A DNA stretch of 63,830 nucleotides, filler included, from Octopus bimaculoides (taxonomy: Eukaryota): the NCBI RefSeq assembly GCF_001194135.2. It is 5 parts of 5 records of this genome, joined end to end, with 100 filler letters (N's around TTAATTAATTAA, not from the genome) between each part and the next. Parts side by side here need not be neighbours in the genome. Positions count along the whole stretch, not along the records: positions 41,046 to 56,029 come from NC_068984.1; positions 56,130 to 62,668 come from NW_026348009.1; 3 more parts are not named here. The stretch is one strand, 5' to 3'. The notes under the pieces are model-generated. The model was not told the DNA's origin. It saw only the letters and a list, made by a program, of their open reading frames with translations, and ran no database searches. The first letter of the stretch is position 1, and each line of letters begins with the position of its first letter. Both the position numbers and the translations under genes were made by a program. Shown piece by piece: positions 47,634 through 59,800 of this stretch.

Positions 47634-49320
47634 GTAAGTAAAAGGGGCTACCCGACAGATATTTTTCATTGGTGTATGTGGAGGATCTGTGTGTGTGTGC
47701 GTGTATGCAAAAATATGTACGTAAAAAATATATGTACATGAGTGTGTGTGTGTATAAATAAATATTGATGTGTGTGTGTGTGTGTGTGTATGTATATGTT
47801 TATATATATAAGTATATATATATATATATACATATTTGTATTATTGCCTTTGGTTTTTTTTATCACAATCTTTTCTTTTGTTTCGTTCATCTGTACTTGG
47901 CTTAAGTCTTCCACTGTTATGGGATATATATTTTCACATCGACGTGTGTGTATATATATANNNNNNNNNNATATATATACACACATACACGTCAATGTGA
48001 TAATATAAACGCACACAAAACACACACACACATACAAATATTTAAGTAGCATATATATCTAAATATGTGTGTGTATTCATTATATATATGCATATGTATG
48101 CATGCATATATATAACGTCTTCGCCGTTCAGAATTGACCATATATTTGGTCAATTATATGTGGAGACTTGAGCAAGATGGGTTGTTTTTTTGGGGGGGTT
48201 TTATTTAGTTGTTTACTTATTTATCTAATTATTTACTTTGCGAAAGAATTGCACTACATGGGTCACAGTGGTGACGAAGTCAGTTATACCGAAAAATATT
48301 TTATATATTCATAGCAGATTCGAAACCGGATCATTGGACGGTCGTGCAGATGCCGCGTTGAGATATCTGTTGTTTCACGTGATCGGCCGATTAACGGAGC
48401 AATTAACGTCAAGCAATAACCTGATTCGACTTTCTAGAACCTTCTAATGAGTCTTATAAAGGTAAATTTTTGGCAGTAATTTCAGAATGCTGAGACGGTT
48501 CCTGTAACGACTCCATTCTCATTTTCCGTTCATAAGCCGTGCAGACAGAAAGTACAGATTTTGCTGCCATGAATTTAACGCGATATTTTCCCATTTGTGA
48601 TTGGTTAGTCACAGATTGATACGTACCAGGTATTTTGTCGTAGAACCAAGTAGTATGTCTCTCCCAGAGTGTATAAATTCTTGCTTTTATTCTAAATACC
48701 AACACAGCAAACACTAACTGCAGCAAATAAAGCTTCTGTTAATTGTTCATGAGTGTTGTTTATCATTTTACGCGTAGCCCTAGAGAGACATTTTTATTCT
48801 TCACAAGCATCAATGAACATCCAACCACAATAGAAACCATTTTACGACATACTGTTGAAAATTTGAGAAGTAACATGGTATTGCGACTTCATCCAAACCT
48901 AAGGTATTCTACGTCCAAGTCTTGTGCAACATCTCATCTATTGGTATGCTCTAGAGAAAAAGTCTTGGCAAGATATTTGCTGTCAAAAAGGTCAGTTTGA
49001 AGTGTGTGAATGTCATGATCTACAGTGAGGACACAGATTCACAACATGAGCCAGACGGTTTTTATATCACATTTACTTTTTACGACTGAAAGCTAAGGAA
49101 GTCCTCACTTCCGGTATGTGTTCTTACAAAAAACTTAACACCATTCTGAAATTTCTAGGTCCCTACACTGTTTGTAAAGAGTCACTGAGTCCACAGAAGG
49201 CTGCATTTATCTGTACTTTTAAAAGGTCTTGCTTTTATCTGGATGGATTTCTAGCAACGCTTCTTATCATGCTGGACATGTCGGTTTAATCGCCGATGAT
49301 CCGGTCGAACATCACAACAA

Positions 49321-49379
<59 letters not shown>

Positions 49380-50178
49380 NNNNNNNNNNNNNNNNNNNNN
49401 NNNNNNNNNNNNNNNNNNNNNNNNNNNNNNNNNNNNNNNNNNNNNNNNNNNNNNNNNNNNNNNNNNNNNNNNNNNNNNNNNNNNNNNNNNNNNNNNNNNN
49501 NNNNNNNNNNNNNNNNNNNNNNNNNNNNNNNNNNNNNNNNNNNNNNNNNNNNNNNNNNNNNNNNNNNNNNNNNNNNNNNNNNNNNNNNNNNNNNNNNNNN
49601 NNNNNNNNNNNNNNNNNNNNNNNNNNNNNNNNNNNNNNNNNNNNNNNNNNNNNNNNNNNNNNNNNNNNNNNNNNNNNNNNNNNNNNNNNNNNNNNNNNNN
49701 NNNNNNNNNNNNNNNNNNNNNNNNNNNNNNNNNNNNNNNNNNNNNNNNNNNNNNNNNNNNNNNNNNNNNNNNNNNNNNNNNNNNNNNNNNNNNNNNNNNN
49801 NNNNNNNNNNNNNNNNNNNNNNNNNNNNNNNNNNNNNNNNNNNNNNNNNNNNNNNNNNNNNNNNNNNNNNNNNNNNNATATATATATATATATATATATA
49901 TACACGCACACACAGATACAGGCACACACTGCAAGAAAAACACACTCACACAACATACACATACACGCACACACACATACGCACATACACGTTCTGTTAT
50001 TACATACACACACGGACCCGTGCGCACGCACACATACATACTTCCCTCTCTTGCACTCTCCTGTCTTAGAAAGAACTTTTTCTCCACCCTTTCCCTTCCG
50101 GTCATTCCACAATGTAACCTCGTGTATATCGATGGCGATTTTTTCTTCCTCCGTCTTCCCTTCTTTGGACTTTCCTAT

Positions 50179-50213
50179 ATTTCCGACGAAGAGCTCCGCT
50201 CGAAACGTCAAAT
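50179..50213 (+). ncRNA. Degenerate minimal hammerhead motif, probably a Penelope pLTR relic
   Basis: ATTT-CCGACGA-A-GAGC-tcc-GCTC-GAAA-C-GTC-AAAT. Core position U4 is C. Stem II is 4 bp, stem I 4 bp, stem III minimal. Confidence 0.45.
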
Positions 50214-51204
50214 TCTCTTTCTTTCTTTTCCCGAGCGTCCAGTAACACAATATCTGTATCACGTCCTCGCGTNNNNNNNNNNNNNNNNNNNNNNNNNNNN
50301 NNNNNNNNNNNNNNNNNNNNNNNNNNNNNNNNNNNNNNNNNNNNNNNNNNNNNNNNNNNNNNNNNNNNNNNNNNNNNNNNNNNNNNNNNNNNNNNNNNNN
50401 NNNNNNNNNNNNNNNNNNNNNNNNNNNNNNNNNNNNNNNNNNNNNNNNNNNNNNNNNNNNNNNNNNNNNNNNNNNNNNNNNNNNNNNNNNNNNNNNNNNN
50501 NNNNNNNNNNNNNNNNNNNNNNNNNNNNNNNNNNNNNNNNNNNNNNNNNNNNNNNNNNNNNNNNNNNNNNNNNNNNNNNNNNNNNNNNNNNNNNNNNNNN
50601 NNNNNNNNNNNNNNNNNNNNNNNNNNNNNNNNNNNNNNNNNNNNNNNNNNNNNNNNNNNNNNNNNNNNNNNNNNNNNNNNNNNNNNNNNNNNNNNNNNNN
50701 NNNNNNNNNNNNNNNNNNNNNNNNNNNNNNNNNNNNNNNNNNNNNNNNNNNNNNNNNNNNNNNNNNNNNNNNNNNNNNNNNNNNNNNNNNNNNNNNNNNN
50801 NNNNNNNNNNNNNNNNNNNNNNNNNNNNNNNNNNNNNNNNNNNNNNNNNNNNNNNNNNNNNNNNNNNNNNNNNNNNNNNNNNNNNNNNNNNNNNNNNNNN
50901 NNNNNNNNNNNNNNNNNNNNNNNNNNNNNNNNNNNNNNNNNNNNNNNNNNNNNNNNNNNNNNNNNNNNNNNNNNNNNNNNNNNNNNNNNNNNNNNNNNNN
51001 NNNNNNNNNNNNNNNNNNNNNNNNNNNNNNNNNNNNNNNNNNNNNNNNNNNNNNNNNNNNNNNNNNNNNNNNNNNNNNNNNNNNNNNNNNNNNNNNNNNN
51101 NNNNNNNNNNNNNNNNNNNNNNNNNNNNNNNNNNNNNNNNNNNNNAGTTTCAGCTCATGAGCTGTGGCCATGCTGGGGCACCGCCATTTGGTGTTGCTAC
51201 ATAA

Positions 51205-51915
51205 TTTCACTTCACGATTGCTTTTCAGGAATTGACATTTGGCGCATGAGAGAGTTTGATGCAGCTGCCCTCATCTGCAACTCCTGCCGCGAAGTTCGTT
51301 CATCTGGGGCACTTGAAAGGAAGAGGTCCAGCTTTATTTTGAAGATACCTACATCCATCTCGTGCAAGTCTCTCGGGTCCTTCGGGAGGATTTTGAAGAG
51401 CTGTGGACCTCTGAAGCCCAGGCTATTGCAGTATCTTGTCCTACATCTTGATGGTAAATTTGGAGTTCTTGGCACTATGCAGTGGCGCTCAGTTCTAGTA
51501 TTTGTGTAACTCCCGATACCAAAGTTTGGGACAAGTCCTTCTAGGATCTTCCACATGTATATTATGGCATATCTTTCTTAATCTCTTGAGTCTTTCCCAA
51601 TAGCTTATATGCTGCATAGAGGCTATCTCCTTCGTGTAGCTTCGTTGGATTACATCAAGTTCTGAGATTAATTTGACCATGGTTGGTGACCATAGCTGAG
51701 AGCAATAGTCAAAGTGGCTTAGGACAAGTGTCCTCTAGAGGACCATCATTGTTTCCTGATCTCTTGTTCTAAAAGTTCTAAGAATCCATCGGGTCAGCCG
51801 CCTGCATTTCATTGCCAATTTTGCAACATGCACATGAAGTTAATAATCTTTGTGTGTTTTTGAATGGCTTATATGTGTCTTCAATGCTGCAATCCTTTCC
51901 GTGTCAGCACACAGT
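51205..51915 (-). mobile_element. CR1/L2-group LINE, 3' end of ORF2
   Basis: WILRTFRTRDQETMMVL*RTLVLSHFDYCSQLWSP, SYWERLKRL, MWKILEGLVPN, GFRGPQLFKILP, KLDLFLSSAPDE...RAAASNSL. Confidence 0.85.
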
Positions 51916-52744
51916 CTCGGATCAATTCACCTGGCGGACAATAACATTTCCGAACTCTGTGTGAGTATGTGTGGGTGTGTGTGTGAGTGAGAGACCGAGA
52001 GAGTGAGTGAGTCATTGAGTGTGAGCATGTACACACGCACACACACACATATACATATATATTTATACACAAACACATGAATATTCTCGTCTGTATATAT
52101 GCATACATATGTATGCTTGTATGCCAACGTTCGTGTGCAAATGTAGAATATTTATTGAATGTCTTGTACAATTCATATGCTAGTTATGTTTACCTTGTAT
52201 ACATATACGATAAAATACGTATGCCTTATTTTTAATATCCCGAACAACATCGTTCAGCTACAGAGACAATGTAACGTTAGATCGAGTCTAACATCATTTT
52301 CTTTTAGATACGTTGCCCTCATATGGACACCAGCTGTGTATAACTAGCTAACAGGGTACGCTGTATGTGGTCTCACGATGCATTGAATTCAGCAGCCAAA
52401 TACCCAAGCACTCTGCCCTACCGTCGTAGAAACGACACGTTGGATAATATGATTCTGAGTTTCTTGCATATATGAAACGGATGGGATGGTCGAGGCTGGA
52501 ATGTCTCTGATAGTAGTTGTGTTCAATCGGAATTCACTTGAGAATAAACAACATGAAAAACAATATCCGTTTCAGATATTTTACATTAGTCATTTCCTGT
52601 CTCACCTGTCCGTTAGAGCATGTGCCATTAACATTCTCTGGCTCGAGTATTCCCCACTACCAAGTTTGTCACCATTACTATACATTGTCTACCCAGAGCA
52701 TACGACTGATATCATATTGTAATGTCAAATATACACGATTGGCC

Positions 52745-53235
52745 TGGACCTGAGCGAATGGCTGGCGGGAAGATTGGCGAACCAATGATAAGGACATCCT
52801 CTTTCGAGGTCACTTGCAGCCGGTGAAGTAATGATCGTGCGTTCGAGACGGAGGCCACGAAGCCTTCTGCGTCGCAGTTGACGTTATCGACCTCCATCTT
52901 GGACGAGTTAATTTCGAGATCGATACTTGCCAGAGCAGGAAGCACTGATCGGAGATCGTAACAGACATTCTCTACGGACCCGCTTATCATCGCAACGTCC
53001 GGATAACAGAGAATGAAAGGAGAAGTGATGTTCCGAGCAACGCTGTTCGACCCGAGAGCCAAGATGAGGGTTTTCAATGGCTTACTCTGTTGAACGCCAG
53101 TCAAAGATAGTATGACCTTATCCGCAGTGAGGAACACGCCTGGAGATCCGTACTACAAGTAAACCACCGGGTAGGCAGATGGGGCAAGGCTGACGCAGGC
53201 CAAATTACACGTCAAAACCCAGGTTTCTCCATCAG
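52745..53235 (-). mobile_element. Non-LTR retrotransposon RT fragment, probably CRE-like
   Basis: APSAYPVVYL*YGSPGV...ILSLTGVQQSKPL..LILAL...VARNITSPFILCYPDVAMISGSV..V..DL...LPAL.SIDLEIN.SK.E. This matches decayed GVQQGDPLGP / WYLDD / GL.IN..K motifs. The clade call is from recall. Confidence 0.7.
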
Positions 53236-54626
53236 GGACAGAAAAATAGTCCAGTTCTGATCAGATGATGGCCCCCTCTTACAAGTTTCCAATATACGAC
53301 AACGTTTAAATGGAACTTATGTATTTAGGACAGTGCAGTTGCTATACGCAGAAATATCGTAAAATGCATACAAACAAGAACATCCGTTTGATAGCCTGAG
53401 CCTAAAGATTTTCTCCAAAAATTGGTTAGAGGGAATGCAAGTTAGCATCAACAGTCCTTCAAGACCTACTATAGAATAACGCTTGGTTTCATTTATCGCT
53501 GCAATGATGACGTCTGAGACTGAACGTTACGTCAGCAATAATATGTTAGAAATTGAACTCGTTGATGTTGCTCTTGTCGTTGATCGTAGAAGCTGTTTGT
53601 GGTAGTAATTTAAATAGTTCAGTTTTTAATTAAGTCTTTTAATCCTCCTGATAAATGATTTTTCTCTCTTTGGATCCTACTTTTATTAGTTCGAGTGAGT
53701 TTCTGAGGGACGTGTTTTGAACAATATTCTCAAACCTTTGCCATATTGCTCCAATATCAAAGGAAGTGTAAGTGAAGGATTAGTCGATAAGCAACAGATC
53801 TTTTCTAATAACTCCAAAGTCTGCTTTGTGAATCGGGTGTGCTGGGATGAGAGTGATTGGTTTCGCTTTGGCATGCCGGAAACTAAGGTTGTTTAGTATA
53901 ATGTCATGGTCAGAGAAGAACTTTTTCAACCGAAATATTATCGATGAATTTTAAATATCAGATCTAAGATATTTTTGTTTTGTTTTGTTGACTCAAATAC
54001 AATTTGGGATGGACAAAACTCATCCATTAAATTAAATAACTGTTCTGCTGCTGTTTGTCTATTTTTGAGTAGAAATTATTTTATTTCATGGTATTTGTAG
54101 TCCAGTTCACATAAAGGAAGTTAAAATCGCTCATCATTAATATGTTCCCAGAGTTGGAAAAAGGATTTGACTTTGTTGAAACATGCTTCAAAGCATTAAC
54201 CGTTATTGGAGTATATGCATAACCGGCGTGTCGTATAAGTTATAAATATGAAGTCAGACTAAGTAGCGATATTTTGAAATTATTTAATACGTATGTTTCA
54301 GATTTGCATCATATATAATGGGAAATGCATCCATTATGTAAACCACCCTCAACTGAGGAAGTTTTAAGTAATTGGTACATTTCCTATTGTATATGATGTA
54401 AACCTGAAACGTACTTATTAAACGATTTCGTAGTCTCACTATTTAATCTGACATCAATATTACAACTTATATATATCATGAGAGGCTTGTTTGACGAGCC
54501 TACGAAACTTTAAATTGCATGGAGACCAATTAAAACTGTTATTAAATAACTCCTACCAATTATGTTGAGTGACACTTTCTTTCGCTAGTTCACTCACTCG
54601 TACATGTGTTTAGAGAGAAAGAGAGG

Positions 54627-54654
54627 GGGGAGGGATAGATAGATAGATAGATGA

Positions 54655-54707
<53 letters not shown>
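54627..54707. repeat. (GATA)n microsatellite running into a gap
   Basis: Direct reading. Similar (TATC/GATA)n runs at 17059-17093, 56420-56500 and 58460-58480. Confidence 0.95.
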
Positions 54708-55087
54708 NNNNNNNNNNNNNNNNNNNNNNNNNNNNNNNNNNNNNNNNNNNNNNNNNNNNNNNNNNNNNNNNNNNNNNNNNNNNNNNNNNNNNNNNNNNNN
54801 NNNNNNNNNNNNNNNNNNNNNNNNNNNNNNNNNNNNNNNNNNNNNNNNNNNNNNNNNNNNNNNNNNNNNNNNNNNNNNNNNNNNNNNNNNNNNNNNNNNN
54901 NNNNNNNNNNNNNNNNNNNNNNNNNNNNNNNNNNNNNNNNNNNNNNNNNNNNNNNNNNNNNNNNNNNNNNNNNNNNNNNNNNNNNNNNNNNNNNNNNNNA
55001 TATATATATATATATACATATGTGGGCACAGGACGTGTACAACAAAAAAATACGAAGCACGAATATATGGAACATGAACTATTCTTT

Positions 55088-55779
55088 CGAACAACGAAAG
55101 ACACAAATGGAAAGCAAAACAAATATAAAGAACGACCCTTCATCAGCTGTTGGCTGTTTGTCTAGTCTCGTATTTCGAGAATTTAACAACAATATACGCT
55201 TTCGATAAAACAGTTGTTCCCGCAAAGCAAATTAAATAAAATTTAGGTTTTTGTGGATGGTCAAAATTGGTAACACAAACAGGACATTGAAAATAGACAG
55301 GAAGGGCTGCTAAGCCTACACGAGGTTGTTGTGACGAGCGCATACATCAAGCTAGGATAGGAGACAAACAAGAACACGTCTTCCTTGTTCCAGCTACAAC
55401 GTGAGAAAGAAAGAAAGAAAGATGGCCGATGGTCACGTGGGAGCCACGTGAACAAGGGAGGAGGAGTGAAGGAGAGAGAGAGTGACAGAGTAATAGGATA
55501 GAAAAGTGGGAGAAGAGGAGGTAAAAGAATAAGAGAGAGAAAAAAACGAAAGAGTAAAAAGATCGTATAGAGTGCGCATCAGAATTATTAAGATAAAACT
55601 TACTTGACCCTCTGCAGAATCCCAAATTTTATTTAATTTACTTTGCGGGAGCAACTGTTTTATCGAAAGCGTATATTGTTGTTAAATGCTCGAAATACGA
55701 GACTAGGCAAACAGCCAACAACTGATGAAGGGTCGTTCTTTATGTTTGCTTTATTTTCCATCTGTCTTTCGTTGTTTCG
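55088..55779. repeat. Fold-back element with ~160-bp inverted arms (55088-55248 / 55621-55779)
   Basis: cgaacaacgaaagaca...cccttcatcag...ctttcgataaaacagttg.tcccgcaaag.aaattaaataaaattt is the reverse complement of the right arm. A related single arm lies at 61495-61630. Confidence 0.9.
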
Positions 55780-55996
55780 TTAGGAACACTTATATATATA
55801 TATATATATACACACACATATATATATTCACATGCTTATATAATATATTGATAAAACTGATGAGTAGGTGATCTTCAATTACTTGATTATAACTGTACCT
55901 CCTGATAAGAACTAGAGATAGCTTTGACGTCTAATTTATGTATTTACCTGTGCAAATTATAGCGACTGACAATTCACCAACCGGACCATTCTATAC

Positions 55997-56029
<33 letters not shown>

Positions 56030-56417
56030 NNNNNNNNNNNNNNNNNNNNNNNNNNNNNNNNNNNNNNNNNNNNTTAATTAATTAANNNNNNNNNNNNNNN
56101 NNNNNNNNNNNNNNNNNNNNNNNNNNNNNATGAACGCTTTAAAATTATATTTCCAATCATATAAACCTCTTTGAATATTATTTAAGCAACTTTAAAGTGA
56201 TTTCTTTTTGTGCTGTAAACCATTTACCATTTCTGTGCTGTCCCATTTCTTTCCTCTTGATGCCCTAAACACGTGATTATTTTGCTGTGTACATACATAC
56301 ATAATTACATACATGTATGTATGTGTGTGAAAGTGTGTATGTGTGTGTATGCGTGTTCGTGTGTGTGTATGTGTGCTTGTCTGTGTGTGTGTATGTCTTT
56401 CTCTCTCTTTCTCTTTG

Positions 56418-56476
<59 letters not shown>

Positions 56477-57329
56477 GTCTGTCTGTCTGTCTGTCTATCT
56501 GTCTGTATAATTATTTCTATAAAACACAGACTCTCNNNNNNNNNNNNNNNNNNNNNNNNNNNNNNNNNNNNNNNNNNNNNNNNNNNNNNNNNNNNNNNNN
56601 NNNNNNNNNNNNNNNNNNNNNNNNNNNNNNNNNNNNNNNNNNNNNNNNNNNNNNNNNNNNNNNNNNNNNNNNNNNNNNNNNNNNNNNNNNNNNNNNNNNN
56701 NNNNNNNNNNNNNNNNNNNNNNNNNNNNNNNNNNNNNNNNNNNNNNNNNNNNNNNNNNNNNNNNNNACACCACACACCACCCGCATGCTAGACATACAAC
56801 CAAACGACCCTTTAATCCCGACACAACATCTTAAATTTTACCCCATCTGATCCTCATTAACCCGTTACGTCCTGATTAGATGAGAGAAGAAACATTAGCC
56901 TCGTACCCAGAATAACACTAAAGCCGGGTACGCCGCAAGGGTTTGTTTGGGTTAGAGGCTTTGTGGCTGTTGATGTTTGTTGTTTTTGTCGAGGTTAAGC
57001 TTGGTCGAGGTTAAGTATTTTCAGGGCTGGATTAAGACCCAAAGAGACCCTAAGTTCTTAGGGCTGGATTTAGACACATAGAGGTCCTCAGTTCTTAAAA
57101 GATTTTGCTCCCCCACCGCCCGTAAATGTAATTTACAGTATTCTTTTATTCTTTTATTCTTTTATTCTTTTATTTGTTTCAGTCGTTTGACTGAGGCCAT
57201 GCTGGAAGACCACCAGTCGCCCATAACACCAACATGAACTTCTAACTTGTTGTCTCTTGAGGCCTCTGGAGTGAGACATGGAGTCAACTTGTACAAATAC
57301 GAAGCAAAAGTCATACAAATAATAATAAT

Positions 57330-58110
57330 AAGTTGTCTTCGAAGAATTTCTGCACTTTCTTCACTGTATGAGCAGGAAAACCATTTTGGGTCCACACATG
57401 ATTAACGTTGGGGTAGTTGAACTTCAGCCAAGGCAAAACCTTATAACACAGGACTTTACTATAAATGTCAACCCCCAACCTTTTCCCCAGACTTGAAAAA
57501 ATGGAAAGGCATCTTTTTTCTGTCAGATGCCATGACTCCCAGTATCATGACTTGATCTGGGGACTTTGTCCTAAACAAACCATTTACTTCAGAAGGTGAC
57601 TTAACAATGTATTGATCATTGCGACGGTTTAAAACAGCAGCAACGGGTAAAGATTTCTTCATCTGAAAAAAATGTTACAGTTTGTCCATTGAGCTTCAGG
57701 TATCGCAACATTTTTTGGTCCTTTCATACCTTTTTGCTTTCATTGCATGAGTCAATAGGTGTTTTGGGGTCCTCATGTATGACCCCCAAATGTAAATCAG
57801 TATGTACAGTATTTCTGATGGTCTTTGGATCAACTTCCATGTCCATGGACAATTTTCTCATGGATGTTGTTGGGTCTTTCGAAATTTTGGCTTTGAGATA
57901 TTTAAGAAATGCATTCTCCCGTTTTTTTTTATTTATGCCTTCATTTCCTTGCTTTCTCTTGATGCCTCCAGTATCCAGCATTCGACAGTTTGAGCAATGT
58001 GTCTAATTGCAACCCTGGCTCGAAGCAAATCTACAATGCGTTGTCCTTTGGTTTCTTGAGTGGACATGGTAGATCGTATGACTGGAACCTCTGCTTAAAT
58101 TAACTCTATA
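57330..58110 (-). mobile_element. Tc1/mariner-superfamily transposase relic (maT/DD37D-like), internally deleted
   Basis: ATG 58067: MSTQETKGQRIVDLLRA...KISKDPTTSMRKLSMDMEVDPKTIRNTVHTDL (HTH), then RTKSPDQVMILGVMASDRKKMPFHFFKSGEKVG...VLPWLKFNYP...VWTQNGFPAHTVKKVQKF. The subfamily is inferred. Confidence 0.82.
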
Positions 58111-58547
58111 TATCTCCACCCTGAAATAGAAAACAATGTCTTAGTATTTACGCTCAGGAATATATGAAAAATAAGGCTTCCAGAATATTCCAAGCCTTGC
58201 TTCATCACCCGGTACATACATGCGTACATACGTACATACATACATACATACATACATACGTACATGCAGGCATACATGTTACAAAGATATACACACGGAT
58301 AGACTGAGAGAAGGTGATAAAGATAGACCGGCGAATAGACAGAAGGATAAAGGATTAAAGAGAGGGAGTTAGATGGACAAATAAACAGGGAGATGAGCGT
58401 AAGAAGGGACAGATTGAGAGATGAGTTTGGATGAGATAACCAAATGGACGGATAATTAGATAGATAGATAGATAGATAGATGGTCTTAGACGGATAGATA
58501 TGGAGAAATAGATAAACAGAGAGAGAGAGAGAGAGAGAGAGAAATAA

Positions 58548-58582
<35 letters not shown>

Positions 58583-59559
58583 GATAAACAGAGAGAGAGA
58601 GAGAGAGATAAATGAAGAGAGANNNNNNNNNNNNNNNNNNNNNNNNNNNNNNNNNNNNNNNNNNNNNNNNNNNNNNNNNNNNNNNNNNNNNNNNNNNNNN
58701 NNNNNNNNNNNNNNNNNNNNNNNNNNNNNNNNNNNNNNNNNNNNNNNNNNNNNNNNNNNNNNNNNNNNNNNNNNNNNNNNNNNNNNNNNNNNNNNNNNNN
58801 NNNNNNNNNNNNNNNNNNNNNNNNNNNNNNNNNNNNNNNNNNNNNNNNNNNNNNNNNNNNNNNNNNNNNNNNNNNNNNNNNNNNNNNNNNNNNNNNNNNN
58901 NNNNNNNNNNNNNNNNNNNNNNNNNNNNNNNNNNNNNNNNNNNNNNNNNNNNNNNNNNNNNNNNNNNNNNNNNNNNNNNNNNNNNNNNNNNNNNNNNNNN
59001 NNNNNNNNNNNNNNNNNNNNNNNNNNNNNNNNNNNNNNNNNNNNNNNNNNNNNNNNNNNNNNNNNNNNNNNNNNNNNNNNNNNNNNNNNNNNNNNNNNNN
59101 NNNNNNNNNNNNNNNNNNNNNNNNNNNNNNNNNNNNNNNNNNNNNNNNNNNNNNNNNNNNNNNNNNNNNNNNNNNNNNNNNNNNNNNNNNNNNNNNNNNN
59201 NNNNNNNNNNNNNNNNNNNNNNNNNNNNNNNNNNNNNNNNNNNNNNNNNNNNNNNNNNNNNNNNNNNNNNNNNNNNNNNNNNNNNNNNNNNNNNNNNNNN
59301 NNNNNNNNNNNNNNNNNNNNNNNNNNNNNNNNNNNNNNNNNNNNNNNNNNNNNNNNCACCACCACCACCATTACCATTACAACAACCATCGCCTTTACTC
59401 CCGCCGCCATTATCATCACCACCGTCACCCCCATCAACATCACCACAACTACAACCACCACCGTCGCCATTACTTCCATCACAATCACTCCCCCATTCTC
59501 CACCGTCGCTCATATACACACAACCTCGCAATGTCCTAGTCTTGAGGTTGTCCTAACTG

Positions 59560-59800
59560 CGGGACATGTCCAAATCTTTTCCTAGGAAAAGAATTACATT
59601 TTAGACAAGGGCAAAAATTCATTTGCACCTTCACTTGCACCTTTGAAAACTTCATTTATGTCATCAGATGCTCGGGCTGCCATAAAAACTATATAGGGTT
59701 TACAGGAATGTCTCTTAGACGTAGATGTACGGTCCATAGACAACAGATATCTTCCCCACAATATCGCCAGATGTATCTCAGGGAATACATTGACAGATGT
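59560..59800 (-). mobile_element. Possible DNA-transposon C-terminal CXC-type fragment
   Basis: Stitching frames gives KP..FMAARASDD...CK*RCKMNFCPCLKCN, resembling Cys-rich (Tesmin/TSO1 CXC-like) ends of invertebrate transposases. Heavily frameshifted. Confidence 0.3.

Noticed and set aside
53380-54560. Unique-looking segment with short ORFs
   Set aside because: No recognisable domain, splice pattern or terminal repeats; left unassigned.
55660-55725. GAAAGCGTA...CAACAA-CTGATGA as a permuted (type II) hammerhead
   Set aside because: Stem III and stem II pairings fail, and the third copy at 61495 lacks the GAAA half.
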